Source of the DNA: Coraliomargaritaceae bacterium
GTDB taxonomy: Bacteria; Verrucomicrobiota; Verrucomicrobiia; Opitutales; Coraliomargaritaceae
Reading direction: 5' to 3'
Length of the DNA stretch: 64,000 nucleotides
Assembly: GCA_965656495.1 (NCBI GenBank)
Contig: CBFHKU010000002.1
Span: forward strand, 128,001 to 192,000
Shown: one piece after another, positions 46,641 to 55,741 of the stretch
How positions within the stretch are numbered: the first letter of the stretch is position 1
Layout: the number at the start of each line of letters is the position of its first letter
Translations under genes and position numbers: made by a program
Notes under the pieces: model-generated
Told to the model about the DNA's origin: nothing
Databases searched by the model: none
The model's input: the letters and a program-made list of their open reading frames with translations, nothing else

Positions 46641-48317
46641 TTAAGGTTTTTTCTTCTTTTCAGAATTCTTTTTGTTCTTCGATGCATCATCGGGGAAGAT
46701 TACTTTCTTGCCCTGAAATTGACATTTACGCGCAAGCTCCAACTGCGCATTCACATGACCGGGCGGATGCGCATTACCTCCTGGAACCAGCTCGCCATAA
46801 GGGCGGCCAATGGACTCCAGATCCAAAGTCAATAGCTGCTGCATCGCCTTCAATCGTGATGCATACTCAGGGTCAAACGCAAGGTTGTTGAACTCCGTCG
46901 GATCCTTATCGATACGATAGAGGCCATCTTCATACCAGAAATTTGGATTCGCGGCACCACGCACACCGATGCCAAGCCGCCCGAGTGGACTGAGCATCGC
47001 CATTGCACGCTCACTGGGGCTCTTTTGAATGCGCATCACTTTCTCTTCCGGATAGCGGATCGAGATGTATTTGAACTCCTTCGTCCGGATGGCACGAGCA
47101 TCTCCGAGTTCAATGTAAACGTGCTCGCGCCAGTTGGCGGGTGATTCACCGCTGAAGAGCGGCATCAGGCTTTGCCCATCCAGCTGATACTCCTCGGGTA
47201 AATCGACTCCCGCGAGCTCGTAGGCGGTCGCAGCAATATCAATGCTTTGAACCAGATCCGAGTTTTCTGAACCAGCTTTAATTCCGTTCGGCCAACGGGC
47301 GATAAAAGGCACACAGCTGCCATTCAAATCCCAAAGCGAACCCTTCATCATTGAGCCATGATCTGCCGTAAAAAAGATGAGTGTGTTATCATCCAAACCG
47401 AGCTTCTTAAGCTTTTGTAGGATTGCACCGACGCCCGCATCCACCCACGAATAGCCAGCATGTCCGTTTGTGGGATCGAGCCCCCGCTTTTTGAGCTCAG
47501 CCAGAATCGCCTTTCGGCTCAGCATGCCCTCCGGCTGTATCGGCGCCTCAAGCTGCCCTTCTCCGGAATACAAAGGCGTTTGCATCGAGCAATACCACTC
47601 AGCGTCCGGACCATGCACGAGTGTAGTGCAAAAATGAAGGTAGAATGGTTCATCTTTGCTGTCTTCAATAAACTCCAAGGCTGCATCAATCGTCCATTCG
47701 AGATTATGCTCGTGGTAAGGCTTTACCATGTTGCCCAAGTAAATGTTTTTGGCCCAATCAAAGCCGCGGTCGGTCAGCAGTTTGCGTGCAGCCAGCTCGT
47801 TCTTGCGAAAAATCTCTGTGGTCTCAGGCGATGGCTCTGCGTTCTTCGGCAAAAACTCCATGTCGAACTCGGCGTAATCTTCCGGATGATTGAGACCTTC
47901 GATACCGCTGGCGTGAAACTTGCCCACGTATCCAGTGCGATAGCCCGCGGCCTTCATCATCGCTCCAACGTTCAAATTATCGGGCTCAAGCCCAACATTG
48001 AAGACCGGATTCCCCTGCGTTCCCTCCGGGCAATCATGCAGGAAGGTCGCATGTGTTGAGCGGCTCGCATAGCGCCCGGTCAGGAAGCTGTAGCGTGACG
48101 GCGTGCAGACCGTGCTCGTCACAAATGCATTATGAAACAGCATCCCCTCTTCGACCATACGGTCGAGATTCGGCGTCCAGGCGTCATGCCCATAGGCTCC
48201 AATCGAGTCCTTATCCTGGTCGTCAGTTAAGAACACAATAATGTTTGGCCTCTGAGCACCAAAAACACACACTGAAAGCCCTAGCCATACAAACACCCAC
48301 TTCATGCAACTAGCCAT
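46641..48317 (-). CDS. S1 sulfatase with Lys-rich tail
   Basis: AGGAGG 7 nt before ATG 48317; PNIIVFLTDD; CTPSRYSFLTG; GKFH; C-terminus KNKKNSEKKKKP. Confidence 0.92.
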   Translation of the reverse strand: MASCMKWVFVWLGLSVCVFGAQRPNIIVFLTDDQDKDSIGAYGHDAWTPNLDRMVEEGMLFHNAFVTSTVCTPSRYSFLTGRYASRSTHATFLHDCPEGTQGNPVFNVGLEPDNLNVGAMMKAAGYRTGYVGKFHASGIEGLNHPEDYAEFDMEFLPKNAEPSPETTEIFRKNELAARKLLTDRGFDWAKNIYLGNMVKPYHEHNLEWTIDAALEFIEDSKDEPFYLHFCTTLVHGPDAEWYCSMQTPLYSGEGQLEAPIQPEGMLSRKAILAELKKRGLDPTNGHAGYSWVDAGVGAILQKLKKLGLDDNTLIFFTADHGSMMKGSLWDLNGSCVPFIARWPNGIKAGSENSDLVQSIDIAATAYELAGVDLPEEYQLDGQSLMPLFSGESPANWREHVYIELGDARAIRTKEFKYISIRYPEEKVMRIQKSPSERAMAMLSPLGRLGIGVRGAANPNFWYEDGLYRIDKDPTEFNNLAFDPEYASRLKAMQQLLTLDLESIGRPYGELVPGGNAHPPGHVNAQLELARKCQFQGKKVIFPDDASKNKKNSEKKKKP

Positions 48318-48461
48318 CGAAAAACCTCCTGAGATCTTGCACCTGTGTCTTAAATTCAAGCTTTGTTCGTGCTCTGAAGGTATATTCATATTTGATCAAT
48401 GGAGTTTAGCTCAACACCACCCAGAAAAAGCTAGTGACTGAACCTTAACTTGTAGGCATGC

Positions 48462-48526
48462 AATATCTCATATTAAGCGACAAATGGCTTGGCTTTTTAC
48501 GCCAATAAAAATGCGTTTTGCGCCAA
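48462..48526 (-). promoter_or_regulatory. Regulon promoter copy 8
   Basis: Minus strand TTGGCGCAAAACGCATTTTTATTGGCGTAAAAAGCCAAG-N20-GATATT (TGa extension). Confidence 0.8.
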
Positions 48527-48542
48527 TCCAATGCAAGGGCAA

Positions 48543-49508
48543 CTACTGGACTGGAGCGTGATTAAAATTATCAGTTATGAGCACCACACAGTCTTCCGAT
48601 GCGACAAACTCGTAGCTGCCGCTCGCTGGCAGTAACACATTGTCGCCAAGTCGCAGCTCACAGCCGCCGCTTTCTTTCAGCGAACCGGATACTACGCTTA
48701 AAATTCTGGGCTGCCCGGATGGAAACTTCAGCGTTTTGCCCGGAGTCAGCGTGCGGCGATACAGATTAAAGACATCGCTCATCGCCAGCGTTTGATCCTC
48801 GCCCTCCGGCTTCAAGGTTTCTGGCTCGAAGTCTTCGAAGTCGGAGCTACGCATCGATTCTTCAATGTGCAATTCACGCGGTGCGCCATCGAGGCCCACA
48901 CGCCCCCAGTCATACACACGATAAGTTGTGTCGGAGTTCTGCTGAATTTCGAGAATCAAATTGCCACCACCGATCGCGTGGATGCGACCACTGGGAATGA
49001 AGATAGACTCCCCGGACTTCACCGAGATGCTGTGCACCAAGTCTTCCAGCTCGTTGGACTTCAGGCCTGCTTCAAAGTCGTCACGTGTAACGCCCTTCTT
49101 CAGGCCCGCCATGAGCGTTGCGTGTGGTGCAGCGTCGGCGATATACCAGTTCTCAGTCTTCGGTTGGCCATTCAGCTCCGGTGCAATGTCTGCCGGTGGA
49201 TGCACCTGCAAACTGAGCTTTTCCTGGCAATCCAACCATTTAACCAGAATTGGAAACGGCCACTCCGCCTTCCAACCTGAACCCATAATTTGTTCGGGGT
49301 CAGATTCGATCAATTCTCGCAGTGAGCTCCCCTCCTCGGTCAGAGACTGAGCCTCCGGACGATCCACTAAATCCCAGCTCTCGCCGATGACCTTACCTTC
49401 CGGCAAATCATCACGGCCGAGCTTCTCTTGAAAATCAGTACCGCCCCAAACGCGTTCCTGATAAATGGGCTTAAACTTAATTGGTTGGATGGAAGTTTCG
49501 ATAGTCAT
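48543..49508 (-). CDS. manA: Mannose-6-phosphate isomerase, class I
   Basis: ERVWGG; IGESW; FPILVKWLD...LSLQVHP; KTENWY; IPSGRIHAIG; EIQQNSDTTYRVYDWGR; RELH. Confidence 0.92.
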   Translation of the reverse strand: MTIETSIQPIKFKPIYQERVWGGTDFQEKLGRDDLPEGKVIGESWDLVDRPEAQSLTEEGSSLRELIESDPEQIMGSGWKAEWPFPILVKWLDCQEKLSLQVHPPADIAPELNGQPKTENWYIADAAPHATLMAGLKKGVTRDDFEAGLKSNELEDLVHSISVKSGESIFIPSGRIHAIGGGNLILEIQQNSDTTYRVYDWGRVGLDGAPRELHIEESMRSSDFEDFEPETLKPEGEDQTLAMSDVFNLYRRTLTPGKTLKFPSGQPRILSVVSGSLKESGGCELRLGDNVLLPASGSYEFVASEDCVVLITDNFNHAPVQ

Positions 49509-49520
49509 CGGAATGAATGC

Positions 49521-50513
49521 TTAGAGTTTTTGAGAAAGTTCAGCCCAGAGTGCTTCGAAGTCTGGAGTGAAGCTATGACATAGCGGACGTGTACCGCTGT
49601 CGATGATATTGCCCTCCTCGAGACCATACGGTGCAAAACCAGCTAAACGCACGGAGCAGATGCCTGCCGCGCTGTCTTCGATACCGATCACGTGATGGCG
49701 CTTCTCAAATGGAATACCGAGACCGACACGTGCGGTCTCTGCGTAAAGCCATGGGTGTGGCTTTGGCGAAAGCTCACCAAGTGTGCCAGCTGAACCCTTG
49801 CGCAGCGGATAGCCCGCCGTGATGATCGCATCGTAGAAGTCTTCCGGCTTGCCCATGTCGAGTGTGCGGAAGCCGTCGAGGATCTCAGGCCATGCCTTCT
49901 CGTAGAGACCGGAGGTGACGAGGCCGAGCTTCACGCCCTTATCCTTGAGAGCGTATAGAAAGTCCTTGATACCCGGCGATGGAGTGAATGCACCCGGACG
50001 TCCACGGCCCTGCATGATCTCATTCATCTCATGGTGCGTGTGCTTGAAATACCAGTCGCGCGCTTCCTCGACGCTCTTGTCCGGGCAGTATTTGTTCACG
50101 CAGTAGCTCAAGTGCTCGGACACACTGTGACCGGAAACAAATGGCAGGTCGGCGTTTTCGAGCTGGAACCTCGAATCACCCAGCAAGCTCGCGGTGGTCA
50201 TCTCGATGATCCAGATCCAGAATTCTTCACTGCGGATCGTGGTGCCATCGAGGTCCATGAGCACCGCTTCGACTGGATTGTCCACGCGGATCGGGTCGAC
50301 CGGATAGTAAGCCGGGTAACCCATCTCCGACTTGACCAGTGCCATGGTGTGATCAGCCCAACCGATGAACTCGATCTTGCGATCGGTCGTGGTGACGATG
50401 TCGAGCACCCCGCCCTGCCCCGTCTTGAAACGGGCGTCAGCGGTTTGTTCGAGAGCGTGCAGACCTTCGTCGGCTGCGGAGAATTCAAGTGCAGCAAATG
50501 CTTGTTCTTGCAT
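49521..50513 (-). CDS. HAD-superfamily phosphatase/phosphomutase (beta-PGM-like) with N-terminal extension
   Basis: Motif I DLDGT; motif II LVTS; PKPHPWLY; IEDSAAG; ATG 50513. Confidence 0.85.
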   Translation of the reverse strand: MQEQAFAALEFSAADEGLHALEQTADARFKTGQGGVLDIVTTTDRKIEFIGWADHTMALVKSEMGYPAYYPVDPIRVDNPVEAVLMDLDGTTIRSEEFWIWIIEMTTASLLGDSRFQLENADLPFVSGHSVSEHLSYCVNKYCPDKSVEEARDWYFKHTHHEMNEIMQGRGRPGAFTPSPGIKDFLYALKDKGVKLGLVTSGLYEKAWPEILDGFRTLDMGKPEDFYDAIITAGYPLRKGSAGTLGELSPKPHPWLYAETARVGLGIPFEKRHHVIGIEDSAAGICSVRLAGFAPYGLEEGNIIDSGTRPLCHSFTPDFEALWAELSQKL

Positions 50514-50532
50514 AATGATATGAAGTTGAGAG

Positions 50533-53361
50533 TTAAGCGAGTTCGAGCGCAACGCTAACAATCTTCTTTGGAGCCAGCTCAAGTTGGAAACCGGCATCGT
50601 TCACTGCAAGTGCGTCGGAATCGTCTTCGTTTAGGTTCGTTAAGGTTGCGGATTTCAGTGCGAACTTGCAGTTCACAGGAGAGACGACGGTTTCGTCAGT
50701 CGGATTAAACACACGGAGCATGAGACGGTCACCACGAGCTTCGCCCGTCAGGCCGCTGAGTTGAACGCGGGCGTCCTCAATCTCAAGGAAACCTGCCGTA
50801 CTTGGGAGCGTGCCCTTGCGCGCCTTCGTCTCAGCAGCGATGAGCGGAGCGCTCTTGCGGTCGGCTTCCGAGAAGACCTTGGCAAGACCTTCACCACGGG
50901 CACCCGGATAGATGCTGTAGCTTAGCTCGTGCTCGCCTGCGCTTTGAGCAAGCTCACTCGGCTTGTGCTCCAAGTCAAAGTCGCCAGCGGTGCAGAGGTT
51001 GTTCTCATACGCACGCATCAGTGTCAGCGCGTAGGTGCGTGCGTCATCTTCGAGCACTTCGTATTCCTTCAAGCCGCCACTGATGAGTGTGAAGTTGCGG
51101 GAATCGTTGGCGATACCACTGAAGCGGAGCATTGGATAGGTGAGATGCGGCACGTAGTTGTATGGGTTCGCATCGTCCTTCGGAATACGACGTGTCACCA
51201 CATCGAACGGGCTTTCTGCGTAAGAGTCGTCACTTGCAACTGCAGTCGGGAACATCGCACGCAGACGGTGGTTGGTGCACTGGTTGTCAAAGCGAACGGT
51301 CACATCGAGACTCTTGGAAGTCACGTCGAGGGTGTAAACCACCTCGATCTTGAAGTGCTGCATATTCTCCGCCTTGCGCTCGGTCAGACGCCAGTCGAAG
51401 CGGTCGGTCGAGCGCGGAGTGGTCTTCGGAATCTGCAGCTCAAACTCGACCACGATCGATTGACGCACGGCACTGGACTCGGTCCATGTGCGAGTTGCCT
51501 TGGAGTCGAGCGAGTTGATCACGAGATCCTTGCCCGGCCCCATGTGTGTCCATGGGTGCCCCACCTCTCCATCGTCTTCGAAATAATTCAGGCCTGCGAA
51601 TTGCTCGCCGCTTGCCTTGTCGAGCAGATCGACAGTGCCGTTCTCGTTGACGGATACAGTGAGGTGCTCGTTCTCCATCCTGAATTCGCTGACGTCGACG
51701 TCTTCAGCTTCAGCGGCGTTCTCGTCGATTGTCAGAACGAAGGTCTTGTAACCCAGTGCCGGCACATCGCTCACTACAAAGGTCAGCTTGAACTCGTCAG
51801 CGTAAGACATCAGAGCCAAGTCCGCATGATCACGGAAGACCTTGTTCTTGTGCTCGGTCTGCGCCATGTCGTGCGCGACTACGTTGCCCTGATCATCCGC
51901 CAACTTGAAGCCCCTCCAATCAACTTCTGCCAAACCTTCGCCCGGTGCAAACTCGTTGACGAACTCACGCGGCACGTCGACGAATGCCTGCACCGTTTCG
52001 GTGCGTGCGGATGTGCTTGGATTGTAAACGGTGAGCACGACTGCCTTCCCAGAGAAGGAGCTGGTGTCGATTTGCCCTTGCAGCGAAAGTAACGACTCGC
52101 TCGTCACCATTTGCGCAACCGATTGCGCGTCCTTCATACGATAGATCGCGTCTTCTTCAAGGCGGTCGATTCCACAGCCTCCCACAGTATCATGCGGGTG
52201 ACACTTCATGACCTGCTTCCACGCCACATCGATAAACGGCTGCGGGAAGGCCTTGCCGTGGATGTTCGCCAGCGCGGCAAACGGCTCCGCCATGCGAGTG
52301 AGTTGATTCTCCGTTTCAAACAGCATCACCTTCTGGCGGGAGCGCGCCGAGATGATGTCGTTGGCTATATAGGAGTAGCCTAGATCATTCATCTTCACGT
52401 GGCGCGGTTCGCTGTCGAGCGTCGGCAATGCATCAAGATCCGGGCACGCATCCTTGATCGCTTGCGCGTACTTCGGCATCGAGCTCAGAAAGAAGGTTTC
52501 ATCATCACCAAGGTCTTGCTGGCAGAGGTCCAGCAACTCCTTCTCGCGCAAGTCCGGCGTGGAGGTATCCATTCCATGCATACAGGCGATGTGTTCAGTC
52601 GTGAAGTGTTCCTTCTCATCCTCAATCAGCTTGCGATAGGTCTCACGAGCCAACTCGCCGTTCATCTTGCGATCTTCCGGCAAGACATAGCCGTGGCTAA
52701 AGCGGTTCTCGGAGTTACAAAGCTTAAACGGTGCAGCGTCTTCAAACCAGTGCATGCGACGAAATAGACGATGCGCCAGACCCTCGTAGAGCGCTTCGCG
52801 CCAGACCCCAAAGTAAAAATTGTAACGCGCACCGGTGCCGAAGCGCGAGCAGAGCACCTTACTGCCATCCACACCCTTCCAAGCAAACTCGGCACCCGGC
52901 GCCTGTTCCTTGGTGATGCCACGATAGAAGAAGCAAACATCGATATCAAAACCACGGTAGATCTGCGGGAACTGTGAGCACTGCCCCCAGCCAAATGGCG
53001 TGTAACCAACTTTCATCACATCGCCGAACTCCTCAACGAGGCGATGCCCATAAAGCATGTTCCGCAAAATCGATTCACCGGAGATGCAATTCATATCCAG
53101 CGCAGAATACCAAGGCCCCGCATTGATGCGCCCTTCCTTGATATATTTGCCAATAATCGCCTTGTTCTCAGGGCGGATTTCAAAGTAGTCCTCAAGCGGA
53201 ACGGCTTGGGCATCCAACAGAAAACAATAGCCCGGAACCTTCTCCATGATCTCAACCAAATCATCGAGGAAATCCACGGTCATCTTGCGCGTGTGCTGAA
53301 AGTCCAGCGTCCACTCGCGGTCCAAGTGCGTGTTGGGTATAAAATGAGATTTAGTAGCCAT
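50533..53361 (-). CDS. GH38 alpha-mannosidase (mannosylglycerate hydrolase MngB-like), cytoplasmic
   Basis: NTHLDREW; FLLDAQ...LEDY; GPWY; SGESILRN...G; QFPQIY; HPHD...GCGID; MENEHL.V; no signal peptide. Confidence 0.9.
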   Translation of the reverse strand: MATKSHFIPNTHLDREWTLDFQHTRKMTVDFLDDLVEIMEKVPGYCFLLDAQAVPLEDYFEIRPENKAIIGKYIKEGRINAGPWYSALDMNCISGESILRNMLYGHRLVEEFGDVMKVGYTPFGWGQCSQFPQIYRGFDIDVCFFYRGITKEQAPGAEFAWKGVDGSKVLCSRFGTGARYNFYFGVWREALYEGLAHRLFRRMHWFEDAAPFKLCNSENRFSHGYVLPEDRKMNGELARETYRKLIEDEKEHFTTEHIACMHGMDTSTPDLREKELLDLCQQDLGDDETFFLSSMPKYAQAIKDACPDLDALPTLDSEPRHVKMNDLGYSYIANDIISARSRQKVMLFETENQLTRMAEPFAALANIHGKAFPQPFIDVAWKQVMKCHPHDTVGGCGIDRLEEDAIYRMKDAQSVAQMVTSESLLSLQGQIDTSSFSGKAVVLTVYNPSTSARTETVQAFVDVPREFVNEFAPGEGLAEVDWRGFKLADDQGNVVAHDMAQTEHKNKVFRDHADLALMSYADEFKLTFVVSDVPALGYKTFVLTIDENAAEAEDVDVSEFRMENEHLTVSVNENGTVDLLDKASGEQFAGLNYFEDDGEVGHPWTHMGPGKDLVINSLDSKATRTWTESSAVRQSIVVEFELQIPKTTPRSTDRFDWRLTERKAENMQHFKIEVVYTLDVTSKSLDVTVRFDNQCTNHRLRAMFPTAVASDDSYAESPFDVVTRRIPKDDANPYNYVPHLTYPMLRFSGIANDSRNFTLISGGLKEYEVLEDDARTYALTLMRAYENNLCTAGDFDLEHKPSELAQSAGEHELSYSIYPGARGEGLAKVFSEADRKSAPLIAAETKARKGTLPSTAGFLEIEDARVQLSGLTGEARGDRLMLRVFNPTDETVVSPVNCKFALKSATLTNLNEDDSDALAVNDAGFQLELAPKKIVSVALELA

Positions 53362-53370
53362 AGTAAGTTA

Positions 53371-53394
53371 AAATGAGTAAACGTTTTTTCATTT
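53371..53394. promoter_or_regulatory. Putative LacI-family operator
   Basis: AAATGA-gt-AAACGTTT-tt-TCATTT palindrome with central CG, 10 bp upstream of the GH38 ATG. Confidence 0.7.
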
Positions 53395-53552
53395 ACTTCA
53401 AGGAATGTGCAAGACAATTATTACCTTTCCATTGCCACCTTACGGAGCAGTATACAAGAAATCAAGCCGAGGCTTGATCCATAATGCATTATCATCCTTT
53501 CTCCCTTCGCCAGGAGAAGGCTCCAACCTGAACCATTGAAACTTCAATCAGC

Positions 53553-54530
53553 ATGTATTCTGCAAACAGATACGACCACCAGCCCTACAATCGAGTCGGC
53601 AACAGCGGTCTAAAACTTCCGGCAGTTTCTCTCGGAATGTGGCATAACTTTGGCCCCCATGACTCAGAGTCGAACCAAATTGAATTGCTGCAAACAGCGT
53701 TTGATAAGGGCATTACACACTTTGATTTAGCCGACAATTACGGAGGGGGGCATGCAGAAATCCATGTAGGCCGCATCCTTAGAAATCATTTCGCGCAGCA
53801 TCGCGACGAGCTCATCATTTCCACCAAGGCAGGTCATCCCATGTGGGATGGCCCCTACGGCAACTGGGGCTCACGCAAGCACATGCTCGCCGGACTCGAC
53901 CAAAGCCTACAGCGCCTAAAACTCGACTACGTCGACATCTACTACCACCATCGCCCCGATCCGCAAACACCGATCGAGGAAACTGCCCAAGCACTGGCCG
54001 ATACAGTGCGCCAAGGCAAGACACTCTACGTGGGCATCTCAAACTACCACGGCGAAGACGCGCGTCGTATGATTCAATGCATGCGAGAAACAGGCGTCCC
54101 TTGCCTGATCAATCAGCTACCCTTCAACATGCTTGATCGCAATGCCTCCGAATCCGGCGAATTCGATGCTCTAATTAAAGACGGCGTTGGCGCCATCACA
54201 TTCTCTCCTCTTGCCCAAGGTTTACTATCAAGCCGATACCTAAAAGGCATTCCTAAAAATTCACGTGCCGCAACTGAAGGGACCTGCCTGAAGCGAGACC
54301 AAGTAAGCGAGTCCCTGCGCGGCAAGGTCCAAAAAATCAACGACATCGCACTATCCCGCGGCCAAACTCTCGCACAAATGGCGCTCTGCTGGAATCTCAG
54401 CTTCTCTCCAGTTGCATCAGTCCTCATCGGAGCCAGTCAAGCCTCTCAAATCATTGAAAACGTCGAAGCGTTAAAAAAACCAAGTTTTTCAGTCGAAGAA
54501 CTGAATCGAATCCAAGAGGTAATCAATTGA
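53553..54530 (+). CDS. Aldo/keto reductase (YghZ / L-glyceraldehyde-3-phosphate reductase-like)
   Basis: GNSGLKLPAVSLGMWHNFG; GITHFDLADNYG; RDELIISTKAG; LDYVDIYYHHRPDP; FSPLAQGLL. Confidence 0.9.
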   Translation: MYSANRYDHQPYNRVGNSGLKLPAVSLGMWHNFGPHDSESNQIELLQTAFDKGITHFDLADNYGGGHAEIHVGRILRNHFAQHRDELIISTKAGHPMWDGPYGNWGSRKHMLAGLDQSLQRLKLDYVDIYYHHRPDPQTPIEETAQALADTVRQGKTLYVGISNYHGEDARRMIQCMRETGVPCLINQLPFNMLDRNASESGEFDALIKDGVGAITFSPLAQGLLSSRYLKGIPKNSRAATEGTCLKRDQVSESLRGKVQKINDIALSRGQTLAQMALCWNLSFSPVASVLIGASQASQIIENVEALKKPSFSVEELNRIQEVIN

Positions 54531-54610
54531 GAGAGTGCCTAGCTGGGTTTAATCCTTTAAGCCAATATTCTCGTGACAAGCATCGCTGTTTTACCACTAT
54601 TTTACCACAA

Positions 54611-55636
54611 ATGCCAAAACGTATTACCTCCATCAAAGAAATCGCCAAGCTAGCAGGGTGCTCCATTGCAACAGTCTCCAACACCCTCAACAACAAGGGG
54701 CGAATCAGCAAGGAGGTCAGAGACAAGGTGCACCTTATTTGCCAAAAGCACGGCTATTCCCCGAACTCCGCCGGTCGCAACCTCCGCCGCCGGCAAAACG
54801 AAACAATTGGCCTCCTCTTCTACCCCAACTGTGGCGCGATCTTCCGCAACATCTTCTACGCAGAAGTCATGGAAGCTCTCGAAGCAGAAACCGCCGGTAA
54901 GGGGTATGATTTACTGCTCGCGGGCTTCGACAGCAGTGGTTCCAAAGATAGTATGCCGCGCTTTGTACAACAAGGAAAAGTCGATGGTATTGTCATGCTG
55001 GGCCGCTTTCCACGGGTGGATGTTAAACGCATCAACCGCTATGGCGTACCAATCCTCCAGCTGGATAACTTCCGCAGTCAAATCAAAGTCGATTATGTTA
55101 CCTCCGACGGATTTAACGGCTGTAAGAAGATCGTCGACGAGCTTGTTAAACTGGGCCACCGCCGCTTTATCTTTATGGCTTACTCGCATGAGGACACCAA
55201 TGCCGATCAACGCGAATCCGGCTTCCTTGCAGCAGTCGAAGCACACAAATTGCCGAAGACATCCAGTGCCAGTATTCGCGACTTTGAGGATTATCAAACC
55301 GCTTACAGTCGCCTCAAAAAACGTCTCCAGTCCAAGCACCCTCCGACCGCAGTGGTCGCCGTCAATGACACGCTCGCAATTGAGCTACAAGAATGCCTTC
55401 AGCAGGATGGCTACTCCATCCCCGACGACATCAGCATCGTAGGCTTTGACGATGACGACATCTGCCTGAAAGCGACACCACAAATGTCCTCCGTGCGTGT
55501 GAATAAAAAGCTCCTGGGAAAAACCGGTGCTCAGATAATCATTGATCGAATCTGCAACCCACAGAAAACTACCGAAAGCGTGCATCTACCCGTTGAGGTC
55601 GTTTTCCGCGAGTCAGTGGGCAAGCCCGCGCACTGA
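54611..55636 (+). CDS. LacI family transcriptional regulator
   Basis: SIKEIAKLAGCSIATVS..LN; GYSPN; VDGIV; NDTLA; IPDDISIVGFDD; RES; ATG 54611. Confidence 0.93.
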   Translation: MPKRITSIKEIAKLAGCSIATVSNTLNNKGRISKEVRDKVHLICQKHGYSPNSAGRNLRRRQNETIGLLFYPNCGAIFRNIFYAEVMEALEAETAGKGYDLLLAGFDSSGSKDSMPRFVQQGKVDGIVMLGRFPRVDVKRINRYGVPILQLDNFRSQIKVDYVTSDGFNGCKKIVDELVKLGHRRFIFMAYSHEDTNADQRESGFLAAVEAHKLPKTSSASIRDFEDYQTAYSRLKKRLQSKHPPTAVVAVNDTLAIELQECLQQDGYSIPDDISIVGFDDDDICLKATPQMSSVRVNKKLLGKTGAQIIIDRICNPQKTTESVHLPVEVVFRESVGKPAH

Positions 55637-55716
55637 TATTTTCAGGCACTGCCAAACATCGCGATGACAACGGGACCAGTCGTGATTTTAAAGGTTGAAA
55701 TTTAGCCTTGCATCAT

Positions 55717-55733
55717 AGATTAAACGTTTATCT
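55717..55733. promoter_or_regulatory. Putative LacI-family operator
   Basis: AGAT-TAAACGTTTA-TCT, 8 bp upstream of ATG 55742. Confidence 0.7.
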
Positions 55734-55741
55734 GTTTTGAT

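Noticed and set aside
12031..48526. Reading the TTGGC motif as a sigma54 promoter
   Set aside because: No GC lies 10 nt after the GG (it is CA in the proximal repeats), there is no TTGC, and a sigma70-like -10 sits at a fixed distance instead.
12031..48526. Reading the recurring motif as CRISPR repeats or REP elements
   Set aside because: Copies are single, kilobases apart, non-palindromic and always oriented toward a gene start. No cas genes are present.
50929..52092. Long opposite-strand or off-frame ORFs (387 aa here; also 45710-46549, 21066-21866, 54666-55442 and many shorter)
   Set aside because: They overlap well-supported genes and have no recognisable motifs; they are shadow ORFs.
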